Of a DNA stretch of 64,000 bases, positions 49,447-61,800 are shown piece by piece. Origin of the DNA: Oikopleura dioica. Taxonomy: Eukaryota; Animalia; Chordata. Under the pieces are notes generated by a model. That model was not told the origin of the DNA, searched no databases, and was given only the letters and a program-made list of their open reading frames with translations. The number at the start of each line of letters is the position of its first letter. The stretch's first letter is position 1. The stretch is from NCBI GenBank assembly GCA_907165135.1, contig OU015567.1, positions 3,906,001-3,970,000 on the forward strand, in the 5' to 3' direction. The position numbers and the translations under genes are program-made.

Positions 49447-50222
49447 TTATTGAAGGAAAGCGTTCCACATGAGCATAGTGAATCGAGCAAGCTCGACCAT
49501 GGAAGCAGAGAACGGATCGTCGTCGGTCTGAGATTGGGCCCAGGCGGCGGTGACAGCAGCAACATGCTCAGCGTTTGGCTGCCAGCCGTACTCGGAGAGC
49601 ATCTCCTGCATCGCCAATCGCCAGGCTCGGAGTTCCTGGAAAAAAATAAAGGGAGAAGAAATTAATGCTACATACAGCGCTGTCCATCAGTCCATTTTCA
49701 TCAGCGTCGAAAGCTTCCAAAACGACAAGGGAGTCGATCGCAGCAAAAGCAGATTGAGCGTATCGCCACTCGTCCCAGGAGAGATCATTGCTCTCGTCTT
49801 GATCGACGTAGTACCAGTACTAAAGCGGATAGAAAGGAAAGAAAAAGGGAAATAAACGCACCTTAGCGACGATGCCAGCGCCTTGGTCGAATCCAGAGTT
49901 GGAGGTGCCCAAGTATTCGGAGATTCGCTTACCACAGCTCTTGAATTCCGGGATGGAGATGACATCATCGCCGTTCTCGTTGCAGAAATTCCAGGCTGGC
50001 TCGAAGAAGCTAAATATCAGATTGATTCTGTCCATTCTTTGATAAGAATAGTTCTTACCTTTGTGGCTGAGCATTCACAGCAGATGAGAAATCCCCCCAG
50101 TTGCTCTCTGTGAATTGAAAGACCTCAACAGCCTTTTCCCACCAGGTATTGACCAGCCATTGTTCGGTGGCACCGGCAGCGGCGAAACTGGTCAAACCGA
50201 GAAGTCCAGAGGCAAGCTTCAT
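49447..50222 (-). CDS. Secreted EF-hand protein
   Basis: MKLASGLLGLTSFAAAG; EF-hand-like loops NENGDDVISIPEF, DQDESNDLSWDEW, DADENGLM. Confidence 0.65.
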
Positions 50223-50597
50223 TTTTCAAAAAGAAAGTTTTTATGACAGGAGTTCTCTCCAAGTGAAGAAAAAGGAGCGGCCGGCATGATTTTATAGGAA
50301 ACTCAGGTTGTTTATTTGCTTCCAGAAGCTTCTGAGCAAACTTTTGGTAGATTCAATAAACTCGTTGAACTTGGTCCTAAGTACAGAACTCCAGGGTACA
50401 AACTCCTCTGACCGTTTCGAATGTGATTTATCAAATTCTGTCCAGAATTGTCTTTATTCTGTTCTGTTCGTTATCTGACCCTTTGGGGAAAATAGAAGAA
50501 AAATCGAAATTCTCATGATTATTTATTTGTTAAAACATGCTTTTCTGAATATAGGACAGGCAGGAAGATAAAATGCAAGCGAAGTTATAAATAGAAA

Positions 50598-52211
50598 TTA
50601 TTCTTTCGGGTTGTTGATGATTCCGAGGAAGAGATTCGTATCTGTAGCTCTGTCTGTAATGGCAAACACAAACGGTCTATCGATTGTTACTTCGGTGAGG
50701 GAGGAGAATCGGCCACCCCGAGCTGATGGAGCAATTCCGTTCTAGAGAATTTTTTAAGGGGGTTCATTTTCGGAAAAAATTTACCTTCAAAACTGCTCCG
50801 ATTTGCAGTCCAGCTGATGCTCCTTCAATATCCCATCGTAATCGGTTTTCTTGGAAGACCTGAGAAAAAATCATTTCATTGTTATTTGCGTTTATCTTAC
50901 AGTTGAGACGGAGAGTCCTTGTTGATCAGTGATTCTTGAAAAATCAGCGATGAGTGGCTGCGAAATTGTGGTCATGCCCAGGTCGAAGTAGGATTTGGTG
51001 AGATCGGTTTTCGTTGTTGTTGAAACTTAATTATTGACATTGGTCACTTTGACGCGCTTTTTTAGGAGTTTATTTTTGATGAAATTTGTTGATTTCCTAT
51101 CAATATGTCAATACGGAAAAAGTCGGGCATGAATTTCAGGGGTAAAAATTATGGTGCTTTACGGAAAAGTGAGATTACCTTTAGGAAGCTTCAGGAAGAC
51201 CTCGTCCAACTTGCCATCGACCAAGTGTCGCCAATACGGGAGCCACATTCCGGACATTGTCATAATCGCATGAAGTGGCAATTGATCGTTGGGGACGATG
51301 ATATTCAGCTGGATATTCGGGTCTTCCATCGGCAACGTAAGCATTGTTGGCACGAAATCATCGTTGATGCAGTCCTCGTAATCGGGGTAGTCGTTGCAGT
51401 TGAGAATGAAGGGTAGAGCTGTTTGAGTCTGCATCATTTCAACGGCAGTTCTTGAGCCGTCGGGGAGATAAAATGGCGCCATTTGAACTCGCTCATCGAA
51501 TTTTACCGCCCATTTGGAGTTGAAATCCATTGAGGACAAGAAAAGCATGCTTGTTGATTCGTCAAGGCTGCCTTCTGGAAGGGTTGAACCAGCCCGACCA
51601 GGTCCAGCTGACCATTGGTTGATGATTGCCCGAGAAAGCTCGGGGCTTTCCGCGAAATCGACCTTGAAAACGTTCGATTTTGTCGACTGAATTCGGCGGG
51701 CAAAGTAAGCGGTAGCAGGGAAGCTGGAATCGAGGAAGAGAGCATTACGCATGGTGATGTTGTCGATGCATTGGAAGCGGTCGGAGAGGTATTCGATGGC
51801 TTCGATGATGCCGGACTCGGGGAGTTTCAGGGCTTCTTCGATTTCAGCCTGAAGAGAAAATTCGTTTTTTTTTAGTCAAATCAAGCATTTTATTCGATGA
51901 AGAGTTGGGCATAAACTTACCTTTGTTTGTCCATCAGCTCCTTCATGCAACAATCCGAGTTGAACCACCATCGTCACAGGGGAAACCATAACATTCTACA
52001 ACGAGTAGAGCTCGCTCTCCATCGCGAGTTCTTGGGCCAATTTCGGACCAATTATGTTAGAAATATGCGAAAATGTGGAAATAACTGGGGCCATGCTCTG
52101 ATCCAAGTCGCATCTTTTGGGACTCTCTTCGACGTAGCCAAAGCGGGATCGTTCGTCCTTTTCATATTTTTGGCCGAAGCAAGTGGCGAAAAGCAAATTT
52201 GAAATTTTCAT
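50598..52211 (-). CDS. Serpin
   Basis: VFKVDFAE...IINQW, FLSSMDFNSKW...F, FYLPDGSRTAVEMM, VFLKLPK, TIDRPFVFAITD...LFLGIINNP*. Confidence 0.9.
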
Positions 52212-52883
52212 ATTGACCGATTTTTTTGTTTTTTTTTTCTCTTGAATTTGACGCTTGGCGGAGATAATAGAGAGACGTGTGGACTTTTTTAAAGCTTTCT
52301 CTTTTTCTGCCAAGGGATTTGAAAAGCGGGCACAGAAGGGGACGGGGGATGAATAAGACGTAAGGAGCCCCCTCAATCCCTTTCTTGAGAGTCACCATGC
52401 CTCCAGGCGCTTCTGACGCCATTCCACGAAGATGTGGATATTTTTAATCCTGCTCAAGTGCAATATCTAACATAAAAAGAAACGTCCTCTTCTGAGCGAA
52501 GCACTTAATCTGTTTTTCATTAGAATATTACCGGTAGCATTACCGACTGTTTGTTTTGTCGCCGTCTATAATCAAAACGTGCTTTTGGCCAAGATTACCA
52601 CTAAGCCTTTTTATTTGAACGAGCAATTTGAGCCAAGTAATAGTTCAAAGACAAAGACAAACGTTTTAAAATTTTATAACGTCGAAGAGCGCTTTATCTA
52701 ATCGCAGAAAAATTACGAGATTTTTGTTTCAGAAAAGTATCGTGTTATTTTTCAGTAACAAAAATTGAGCTGTTTGACGAGATCGGGGGAGATCCTTAAA
52801 TGCTGAGCGGGCAAGATTGATACCCTTTTTTCATCAAAATGCTTTTTATGTATCTCAGTATTGCAAATTTTGCCATATTTTCG

Positions 52884-53294
52884 CTGAGCTGACCTGCGTG
52901 AAAAACTCTCTGAGCTTAGCTGGCATATTTCGGAGCTCACTGAGCTGAGCTGAGCTGAGCTGCCCTTTTTCAGAGGTCATTGAGCTGAGCTGAGCTAGGC
53001 AGACCCTAATTAGAGCTGAGCTGAGCTGGGTGAGCTGAACTGAGCTATTTTAAACTCAATTTTTAGTAGTAAAATTGTATTGAAATCATTGAGATGAGCT
53101 GAGCTCAGTGAAACTTATCTGAGCTGAGCTTATCAGAACAGATCATTTTTGAAAATAATTGAGCTGAGCTGAGCTGAGCTGAGTGATAATTGTCTAAGTT
53201 GAGCTGAGCAGATCAGATCATTTACGAATATCACTCAGCTGAGCTGAGCTGAGCGACCGCTCAGCTCACTCAACCAGCTCAGCTTAATCAGCTC
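52884..53294. repeat. Patchy (GAGCT)n pentamer repeat with a polarity switch at the right end
   Basis: Runs of 2-4 GAGCT separated by AT-rich spacers; CTCAG/AGCTC orientation after ~53260. Confidence 0.85.
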
Positions 53295-53878
53295 AACAAA
53301 TTTGCAACTCTGATGTTTCTTAGAAATGCCCTGTTGTTTATGTAACGTGTATTCAAAAACAAACCAATTTGATCTGTCCATAAATCTGACCAAAATCCGC
53401 TGCAATAAAAAAAGCTTCACCTCAAATCGCCCAACTTCTAAAAATTGTGCAACAAGTTCAATTTTGAAGGAAAAAGAGGCGGAGCGAAAAACTGTTGCCA
53501 AGGGAGGATAACTGAGCTTTCCAGGTGCGAGAATCGGTTTCTCCTTTCCTGGCCAAGGATGAAGGCGCTCAGACAGTGATCATACAAGTCTTAGTCTTGG
53601 ACTTATTTTGACCGACTTAGATTTCCCGCAGGCTCGTTAGACAGTTAGATGTTGTTTTAAGAAAACCTGCTTGGTTATCAATCAAATCAAATTATCCACT
53701 AGAACTCTCAGCCGAGATGAGCTCAATCAAAACTTCCGGATTATAACCATCGCGAGTTCTCTGATTGAAATCATCTCGTTTACAAGAAATATGCGAAAAA
53801 ATTCTATCCAGAAAAAAAAAGAAATTTCTTTGAACAAAATTTATTTCATCAAACACCGGTGAATCGAACTGATTTGCG

Positions 53879-55351
53879 CTAGTACTCTGTATTCGTGCAT
53901 GGACAGGACAACATGCTCTTCAAAATCCAGTCGTCATCAACATTGACACCTCCAACGAGTGTCATCAGATTTGCATCGAACATCATTCCGCTCACGAAAT
54001 TCGCATCTTTTTTGAATAGAACTCTCCAAAGATAGCCCGTCTCATTGTCGAGGCTCTCGACTTGCTCAATCGGATGACCCAAGGAGACCCATGAAACTCG
54101 AACATCGAATTCGATCACGAGGAAATCTCGATCAGACCAGTTCAGGCCATTCAAACTTTTTCAGGTTCAAGATAGACTCATTGAAAAGACAACTCATAAA
54201 AAATTTGAACCCTTCCTGTAATTTGCGCGAATCCGGAAGCAGTTTCGGCAAGTCCAAGAGTTTTCAAAGAAGATTTGATTTGTTGTCAAAGCTGTGCATT
54301 CTGGATCCTTATTTCGCTCGCACAGGCTTGCCCCCGAGGTCGTTGTTGTCGAACTCGATGTCGTTGAAAGTGTTGTTGTCGTTGCAGTTGTCGTTGTCGT
54401 CGTTGTTGATGTGGTGCTAGTTGTTGTCGTTCCAAATTCTTCATCAAAAATGCAGGAAAGATCCTTATGGATACCGGGAATGTATCGGACCTGGATATTC
54501 GGCAGAGAATCATACGTAGCTCCGGTCATTTTGACGATGAATTTCTTTCGCTCACCAGCCAAAACGGTATCAGAGGAAGTATACGTTGAAATTCGTTGAG
54601 TCTCGGAAGTCGTAACGTTTGTTTCCCAGGACTCGATTGCGAGAGATGCTGGAGGATCTTCAGCAAACCAGAGGACAGCAGTCTACTTTTAGGCTTTATT
54701 TTTTAAGATAGAAGGCGTAAGAGAAGCTGTATCGCCAAAAAATTCTAAAGCCCTGATCCATTCGTCTAAATCCATTCCAGGCTCGATTCTGACTCTGAGA
54801 ATAAATCCGTCGTCCCATTGATAAATCGTGCTTCGAGCGAAAAACTGATTGTTTTTGTACATTCTTTGGCATGCTGGAGCACAACTAAACTATAATAAAA
54901 GACTGTTCTCATAAAAACTCTACTAGAAAGGGTTGACTGGCTTCCAATTGCCACTTTGCTTGCATCTAATCTCGATGACGTTTTTTTGGTTTTTGTACTC
55001 TTCAAGGTGACCTTCTGCCGCTACGGGATCTTCTTCCTTGATAATCATATCGTATCCATCATCGCAGGAGATCCAGCACTTTGAGTAAAGCTGACCATCG
55101 TGACCGCCAGCGGTGCAACCATCGTTTCCAGCATCGATTGCTTCTTGTGTCAATTTGATCACAGCTCTTTTGACGGTTCAATGATTAAGTCAAGCATAAC
55201 AAGAGTTTTTGCTTATTTGTTGAGCCGAGTCCTATCCCAAGTTTCTTGCCAAGGAGGACAAGTAATCTGAGCATAAGCCAGTCCCAAAGAGCCTTAAATA
55301 TATTATCTCTCAATAAAAAAAAATAATAATACCGATGGAAAAGAGCCTCAT
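53879..55351 (-). CDS. Secreted protein with a sushi-like module, Thr-rich stalk and Cys-containing C-terminal domain
   Basis: MRLFSIG|SLGLAYAQITCPPW; SKCWISCDDGY...IRCKQSGNW; poly-Thr tract; CRNCFRIRANY...LSCPC. Confidence 0.6.
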
Positions 55352-56559
55352 CCTTTTCTCTGTTGTCGAAAAATCAGACTGATCAGAATTCGAAAAATAG
55401 AAATCGCCGGTAAATGTTCCGAGTCACCACGAACCGCCTGATAGAAATCAGCGTCACTAGTTTTCATCAATTTGTGATGACCACCCATCAAGTTCGTGAT
55501 TTGAAGGTTATTTTTGATGACCTCAATAGAAAAAATCTTTTTTTTTTCTAGTGATTTTTCGTTAAATAATTGAATCAACTCTGTTCCCCGAAAAAATGGG
55601 ATTTTTGAAACGCGGCCACGTCAACATGGAATTGTTTCAAATTAACAAAACCACGCTCTGAATAAAAGTTCTTCATATTGAATTTTCCTCGTGCATGAAT
55701 TCGAAATTTGAGCGTTGAAAAATTTGTTTACGCGGCGAATTTTCCACATTTTGAAAATTCCGCTGCTTGAAAAAATTCGATAACGATGATTGAAAAGAAA
55801 ATAAGGCGAATCAAGAATTTTAGAAGAAACTCAAGAAACCAGGTCATCTTGAACTTCGCGTTATCAATCGATTTTTGCAGAAAAAGAAACCTCAAGAGAG
55901 TCCAATGCACCTGAAACCAGTCTGATAGACAAGGTGCAGCTCGCAGCGGGTAGGATCATGCGAAAAGGTCTCAACTTGCGGTTCGTGCTTTTCAAAAATC
56001 AGAGAATTAATACCAGTTTTGAACAACGAAAACCAGTCTCACTGAAATTCAAAACAGAATTAATCCCTATTACAAATATATTTGGGAGGGGTTCAGCTCG
56101 GGTTAACATTTCTCAAAAAAATTAAATTTTAACGTAGATACGCGAATGTACAGTAAATTTTCTTGTCGAATATTCATCGTGACATTCACATAATCAATCA
56201 AATATAGACTACCTCGAAACTAAGGGTGTCTTAAAGATAAATCGAAATTTTGTCAAAATCATTGTGGCAAAGAATAAAAATCTTCTTGGAAGAAATTCTG
56301 TCTAAGACTTGTTTGTTTTGATTATACTTAAATCAAGTTTGTAAGTTAGAAGTGTACCTGAAATTCAACAGAATTTGTGAAAATTAATTAAACAAGAAGA
56401 AAAACCCCGTGACCGCAGATTGCGCGAATAGTGCGCCGCGCGCCCTCTCGCGCGCCCTCTGAGTATTCCGGACTCATTTATAAATGAAACCGGATCAACT
56501 GAAAAGTACTGAAACTGGTACATCAGTTTGAGATAGAGTCTTCCTTACAAACTTTCACA

Positions 56560-58296
56560 ATGAAAGCAACTTTTCTTATTTTTTCGTTGGCTGAAGGGCT
56601 CAAATTGAATGGAGGTGCTGATATTAGAGGTAAAATACACTTCTTTTTACATTCAAAAAGTATTGTTGATCACTAAAAACTCAGGGATAATTATTAAGAT
56701 AAAAAGAACGGAAAACCGTAATACTCTTTCCAGTTGTTTTGTTTATAAATTTTCAAAATCCGATATCGGACTCGGTAAAAGATTCACAAAATTTATCACT
56801 GTGTGTAGCGAGCAATAGATAATTCTACTAAATGAGGTACTCATAGGGAGTCTACCGGGTACTTCAAATTAAGCTGCCAGAAATGACTTCTCCGATGATT
56901 CTATTAACGGTTTCTCTTATTATCCGTTCGTTTCAGAAGAACTCCCTCGTGACCGCTATATTATCCTTTCGATTGATAAGCCCTTGATATCTTTCTTCTC
57001 AAAGAAAGATGATCATAAACTGTTTATTACCCCAATCCCAGCAAGAGTTGTGTAATCCTCACTTTTTTCTTAGTACGCTCAAACACGCGGACAACGCGGC
57101 AAATGGAATCCTTGGCGGCTGACATGTTCAACAAGCAACTCGGGTCGAGCAGCTTCACGGCGGATAGTTGGACCGACGCGTTCATGGAGTACGGCTGCTA
57201 CTGCAACAAACTCGTCCAAGGAGGAGGGCACCTGCCGGGTGTTGATGCATCGGATATCAATTATGACAAGCATGAGAGTCTTTGCATGGGTAAGTTAGTT
57301 CACAAAAAATGATAATAAGGGCATCTGTTCGAGAAATAAGGGTATCTATTAGACAATTCCACGAGCCATAAACTTGGGTTTGCGTAAACAAGGGGGTAAA
57401 GCTTGTCTTTGATTGGTTGACGCAGAAAATACTGCCTTCTGATTGGCTGATAAACTGATAAATTGACTTCAAAGTGAACTTGTTCCGATTTCACATTGTC
57501 GATAGTAATGAAAGTCCAGCTTAGATTGATCCCCTAAGTCAAATATACTCATTTTAACTGAACCCAACAGTAATCTCCTGGATTCGTTTTTGATCTTTTA
57601 AGCGGTCGACTTATTTTTCCACCGGAAAGAACACGATCTATATACGGTTTAAAGAAAAGGATTACATCTCAGCTGTCTTAGAAGTTCCATTTAAAAAAAT
57701 TTGAAACAAAATCCAAAGTCCGCGTAAAAACCATCAGCTGTTGCCAATTTTCCGCGCATTTTCCCCACGTTTTGACGCGCTTTTTCAGACCTCTATGCTT
57801 GCTACAAGTGCATCAACATCGACTACGATCACAATGGAACATACGCCGCGACAGTAATGGAGTACACTGCCGAAGTCACTGCTGATGGCGAATACACATG
57901 TCGTAAGTTCAAAGCCCCTGGGTCAGCCCAAAAGCTTATTTTGAATTCTAGTCGACCCCGAAAATGACAGCGACAATCATCTGGACAACTGCCCTCTTGA
58001 TGTTTGCCGATGCGACAAAATGTTTGCCGAAAAAATTCTTGAAAATTATAGAAGATGTAAAAATGGAGAAACTGAATTTTGCCTGAAAGATCAGTTTCAA
58101 CACGCGAACGGTTAGTTTCCGACAAAAGAGCTCATCTTCAAAATTGTTTCAAGGTTTCAGCGGTGACCAATGCGAAGATGTTGGGGAAAAGAAAGAAAAG
58201 CACGATTCTTGCTGCGGACGTTACCCGAACAGGAAGCCGATGACGACGATGAAAGAATGTTGCGATAATAGAATCGTCGATTATGGAACTTGCTGA
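56560..58296 (+). CDS. Secreted phospholipase A2-like Cys-rich protein, probably non-catalytic
   Basis: Signal peptide; YGCYCN; LYACYKC at the HDxCY position; CRCDKMFA; CCGRYPNR...CC. Confidence 0.7.
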
Positions 58297-58692
58297 TTTA
58301 CTGGTTTGCCGAAGCAAAACTGGGGAAAATAATTTGCCAAATATTATTCTGTAAATTTGAAATAAAAGATATAACACTGATCCTATTTCTGTTTCGGGCC
58401 GAAACTTTCGGCTGGTGGAAAAGGTCATGCTATCATCAGGTCCGCCGACCTCACTTGTTGAGGTTAACGCAATCAAACAAAAATATGTGCTGATTCAGCA
58501 GTAAATTTTATTAATGGCGAAGCTCGGTAAAAATTTTGAGCTGTGAACCGTCATTTCTAAAAATGAGTATCTTAGGAAAGGTTGCAGATTAATCGAAGTT
58601 TCCAGAAATCTTTTATATTTTTGGCTTATATAAATGAGTGAGAGTATTTGAGAATATGATTGTAACACTATTCAAGGATTAAAGAGATTATC

Positions 58693-60479
58693 TTGGTTTC
58701 TTTTAGCACTTGTCGAGCTCTTTCTTTTTCAGGTAATGAAAATGATCTTAGTGCTTACCTCAGGCACTTTCTTGGTCTTCAAACAAGTCTATTCAATGAT
58801 TCTTTCAAAATTTCAGGAGTTGCTTTCGGCTTTCCTTTCATCGAATACGAGCTCAAAGCTCAAGGAGTTTTCTACGAAATCGAATGTGCCAACCAAACCG
58901 GCGATGTTTGGGGTCCAGAGAAAACTCTATGCAACGACGCATTGAAATTATACAATACTCTTTTCACTGTTGCAACGGTCTTCAGCATGGCTGGCGCTGT
59001 TTGCGTCGGATTCATTCTCGACAAGCTTGGAATGTTCTGGACCAGAATGATTTATTGTTCCATAACGACTCTAGGTAAAGTGGGTAGAAAATATTCTTAT
59101 CAAAACATTTTAAGGTTATATGATGATGGCTCTCTACAGCGTGAATGAGCTCCTGATATTTCCTGGGCTTACATTTTTGGGCTGGTCAGGAATCGCTCTT
59201 CTAGTGCTTAATAATATAGGCGCTTCTTTTATGGGAAAGTACGCGGGAGTGTCGATTATTATCTTTTCGGGTACTCTGGATGCTTCTAGTGCGACATTTT
59301 TGATGACCAGCAAATTGACAAATACATTCGGAAAGGATCGATTTTGTCGACGCCATAATTCTTAAAACAGCTCTATCCTTCAAAGATCTTTCAACAATGC
59401 TTGCATTTTTGGCAATTTCTTCGATAATTATTCATTTTCGAACTATCTTTATGATGCCTTCCGGACTCCCGGACAAAGAATGGGCACAATCGGAACTTTT
59501 TAACTCAACGATTGCATCAAAATTTTGCAAAGAAACCATGAAAGCTTCGATTAAAAATCGAAAATCGGAAGAAAAGGAAGAGGAAAAACAATGCAAGCCG
59601 AAAATTCCTCTGAAAAAAAGTTTCATGCGTCCAAGTTTTTTGGCTTTTTTGGTCGTTTACGTGATATATAATACTCGAGTTAAAGCTATTCAAGGTAAAA
59701 GATGACACTTCTTTCATTTGATTCATCATTTATGCCTTGAAGGATGGATCTATCCTTGGATGGAATGGTCGTACGCAAAGGTTCCGGGCTCCTCTTCGGA
59801 ACAGATAGACTCTCACGTCGGCCACCTTCTCGAAATCTATGGATTCTTGCTTTTTGCATCTCCAGTCTTTGCTGCTCTACCTGAACTTTTTAGCTGGATT
59901 GCAAGCAAAATAAGAAAAAACGGATTTCTGAATGCAGATATGATTTCGTTAACGATTATAATGGTCTATTCTTCTGTTTCTTGCGCGGTTTGTTCTGCAC
60001 AAATGACTTATCGAGTGCGCATTTTAAAAGATAGCAATATCCTTATTTCTATTTATAGGCGATAGATTTGGATGATAATGCTAATGCATATGCGCTTATT
60101 GTCATCTTTTCGATAGCGAAGACGATTGTTTACGCCGCCCCTAATATGGTAAAGCTTATTTCTCCGCTCTTTTTTTATTCGATCCTAGTTCTTGTTCTAC
60201 ATGTTTCCCGCTGAGCATTTCGGTCCTCTATATGGACTTCTCACCGCTCCTACACTCGTCACCATGTGGTTAATGGACCCACTCTTTCGACTAATTCTCG
60301 GCGACTCAGATAGCCTCGCCGATGCCGATTTTTCACCAGTTTCAATCGGCTTTGCAGTTATTTGCGGACTCTGTTTGCTTCAGGTCGTTTTACCGAAAAT
60401 CGGCCTTATTTCAGCGGCGAAAAAGATTAGCAAAGAAAAAAAGATGGAAACACAACGCGATAATCGAATTGAAAACTAA
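58693..60479 (+). CDS. SLC43-family (LAT3/SLC43A3-like) MFS transporter
   Basis: SGVAFGFP..ELKAQGVF..EC, GFILDKLG, LIFPG, SGTLDASSATFL, FPAEHFGPLYGL; 5' end uncertain. Confidence 0.75.
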
Positions 60480-61149
60480 GATTTTTAACAACAACATGCA
60501 ATAATCAAAAACTAGTGTGAATATTTTACCAAAAGAAATACCCTTTAGGGACCACCCGCAGCGAGTTTGCGCGGCTTTTTAATAGCGCAAGACTTTTTTA
60601 GCGCGTGCTTTTTATGTTTGTCTTCTTGACATGTGGTTTCTTCATGAGACAGTTTTATTTGTCGTTTTAACGAATCCGTAAATCGTAAAAAAATCACGCC
60701 ACCTTTTCGCAAACTATTTAGAGTTCAAACTTTAGATTACTTTCAAATTAACAATTGTCCTATTTTGATAATTTGATAAGTGAACTTCTGCTTTAAAAAT
60801 CATCGCAAAAATGAAGCTTTAATTCCATTCGAATCTACAACAACTGCTCAATCTTCTCTTTGATATATGACTAAATATTCAACAATAAAGTGTCTCTACC
60901 ATAAAATAAAGAATTAAATATAATAGTTCATATTTTCATAGTTAGGTTTAGTTTTAGCTGAGTGCTCCAATGATAAAACAAAAATCTTTTATATTTTTTT
61001 TCAACGTTTATTAAAAATGAGATATGAATTTAAAGCAGGATTAGTTCTGGAGATTCAGAGCGTCAAAAATGTGGAAAAAGTTGTTTGAGAGCAAAGGCTA
61101 GCGCATGCAACATGAGTCGTGTCACATGATGAAGGAGAAGACCAGCCTT

Positions 61150-61371
61150 TTAGTAAGGATTAAATCTTTGGTGAAGCATTTCCCTCTGTTTCGCAGCGAA
61201 GGCAGACCTTCTTCGCGAACGTGAAGGTCGAGAAACGATACGGAACTCGCCCATCCTCGGGATCGTTCGATAGAACCCTGGTCGACCAATATTCAGCGCA
61301 TTGTTCATCCGATTTTGGTACAAGCCGTCAGAGAAAGCAAACGCTAGAAGAGAGAAAAATGATAGTTTCAT
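61150..61371 (-). CDS. Small secreted Arg-rich peptide precursor candidate
   Basis: 73-aa single-exon ORF with signal MKLSFFSLLAFAFS and an RSRRR site. Confidence 0.5.
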   Translation of the reverse strand: MKLSFFSLLAFAFSDGLYQNRMNNALNIGRPGFYRTIPRMGEFRIVSRPSRSRRRSAFAAKQREMLHQRFNPY

Positions 61372-61800
61372 TTTCTATTTTGGATTCAAATTTTATTCTG
61401 AGAAAATCTCCAGAAGGCGTGATATTTATAGAAATCCAAGTCGTAAAACGTAGTGTGAAAAATACCAGTTACTCACTTATGCTTAGCGTTTTACCAAAAG
61501 TAACTTCCGAAATCTGCCACTCAAAGATTTCCTCCCTTCTCAGGTGTGTCTTGAACGAAAAATATTCTCTAGAATCATGACTCTTCTGAGTAAGTTTGAA
61601 GAAATCTCTTGCAATCATGACTCATAACCGCCATAGTCTTAAATTTATTTTCGGAAAATTTCCTTTTTTGGCTTGATTTCTTCCCTTTTTATCATTTCAA
61701 AGGGCATTGGGCCATGCAAGAATTTTCTGCGCCGCCTGGAGTACTCGCCCGGCGGCGCAATACAAGGTGTAAATCAGTTAAAGCATTATTTTTCTTTAAA

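Noticed and set aside
53235-53511. Short ORFs beside the GAGCT repeat
   Set aside because: No recognisable domain, signal peptide or splice context; partly derived from the repeat
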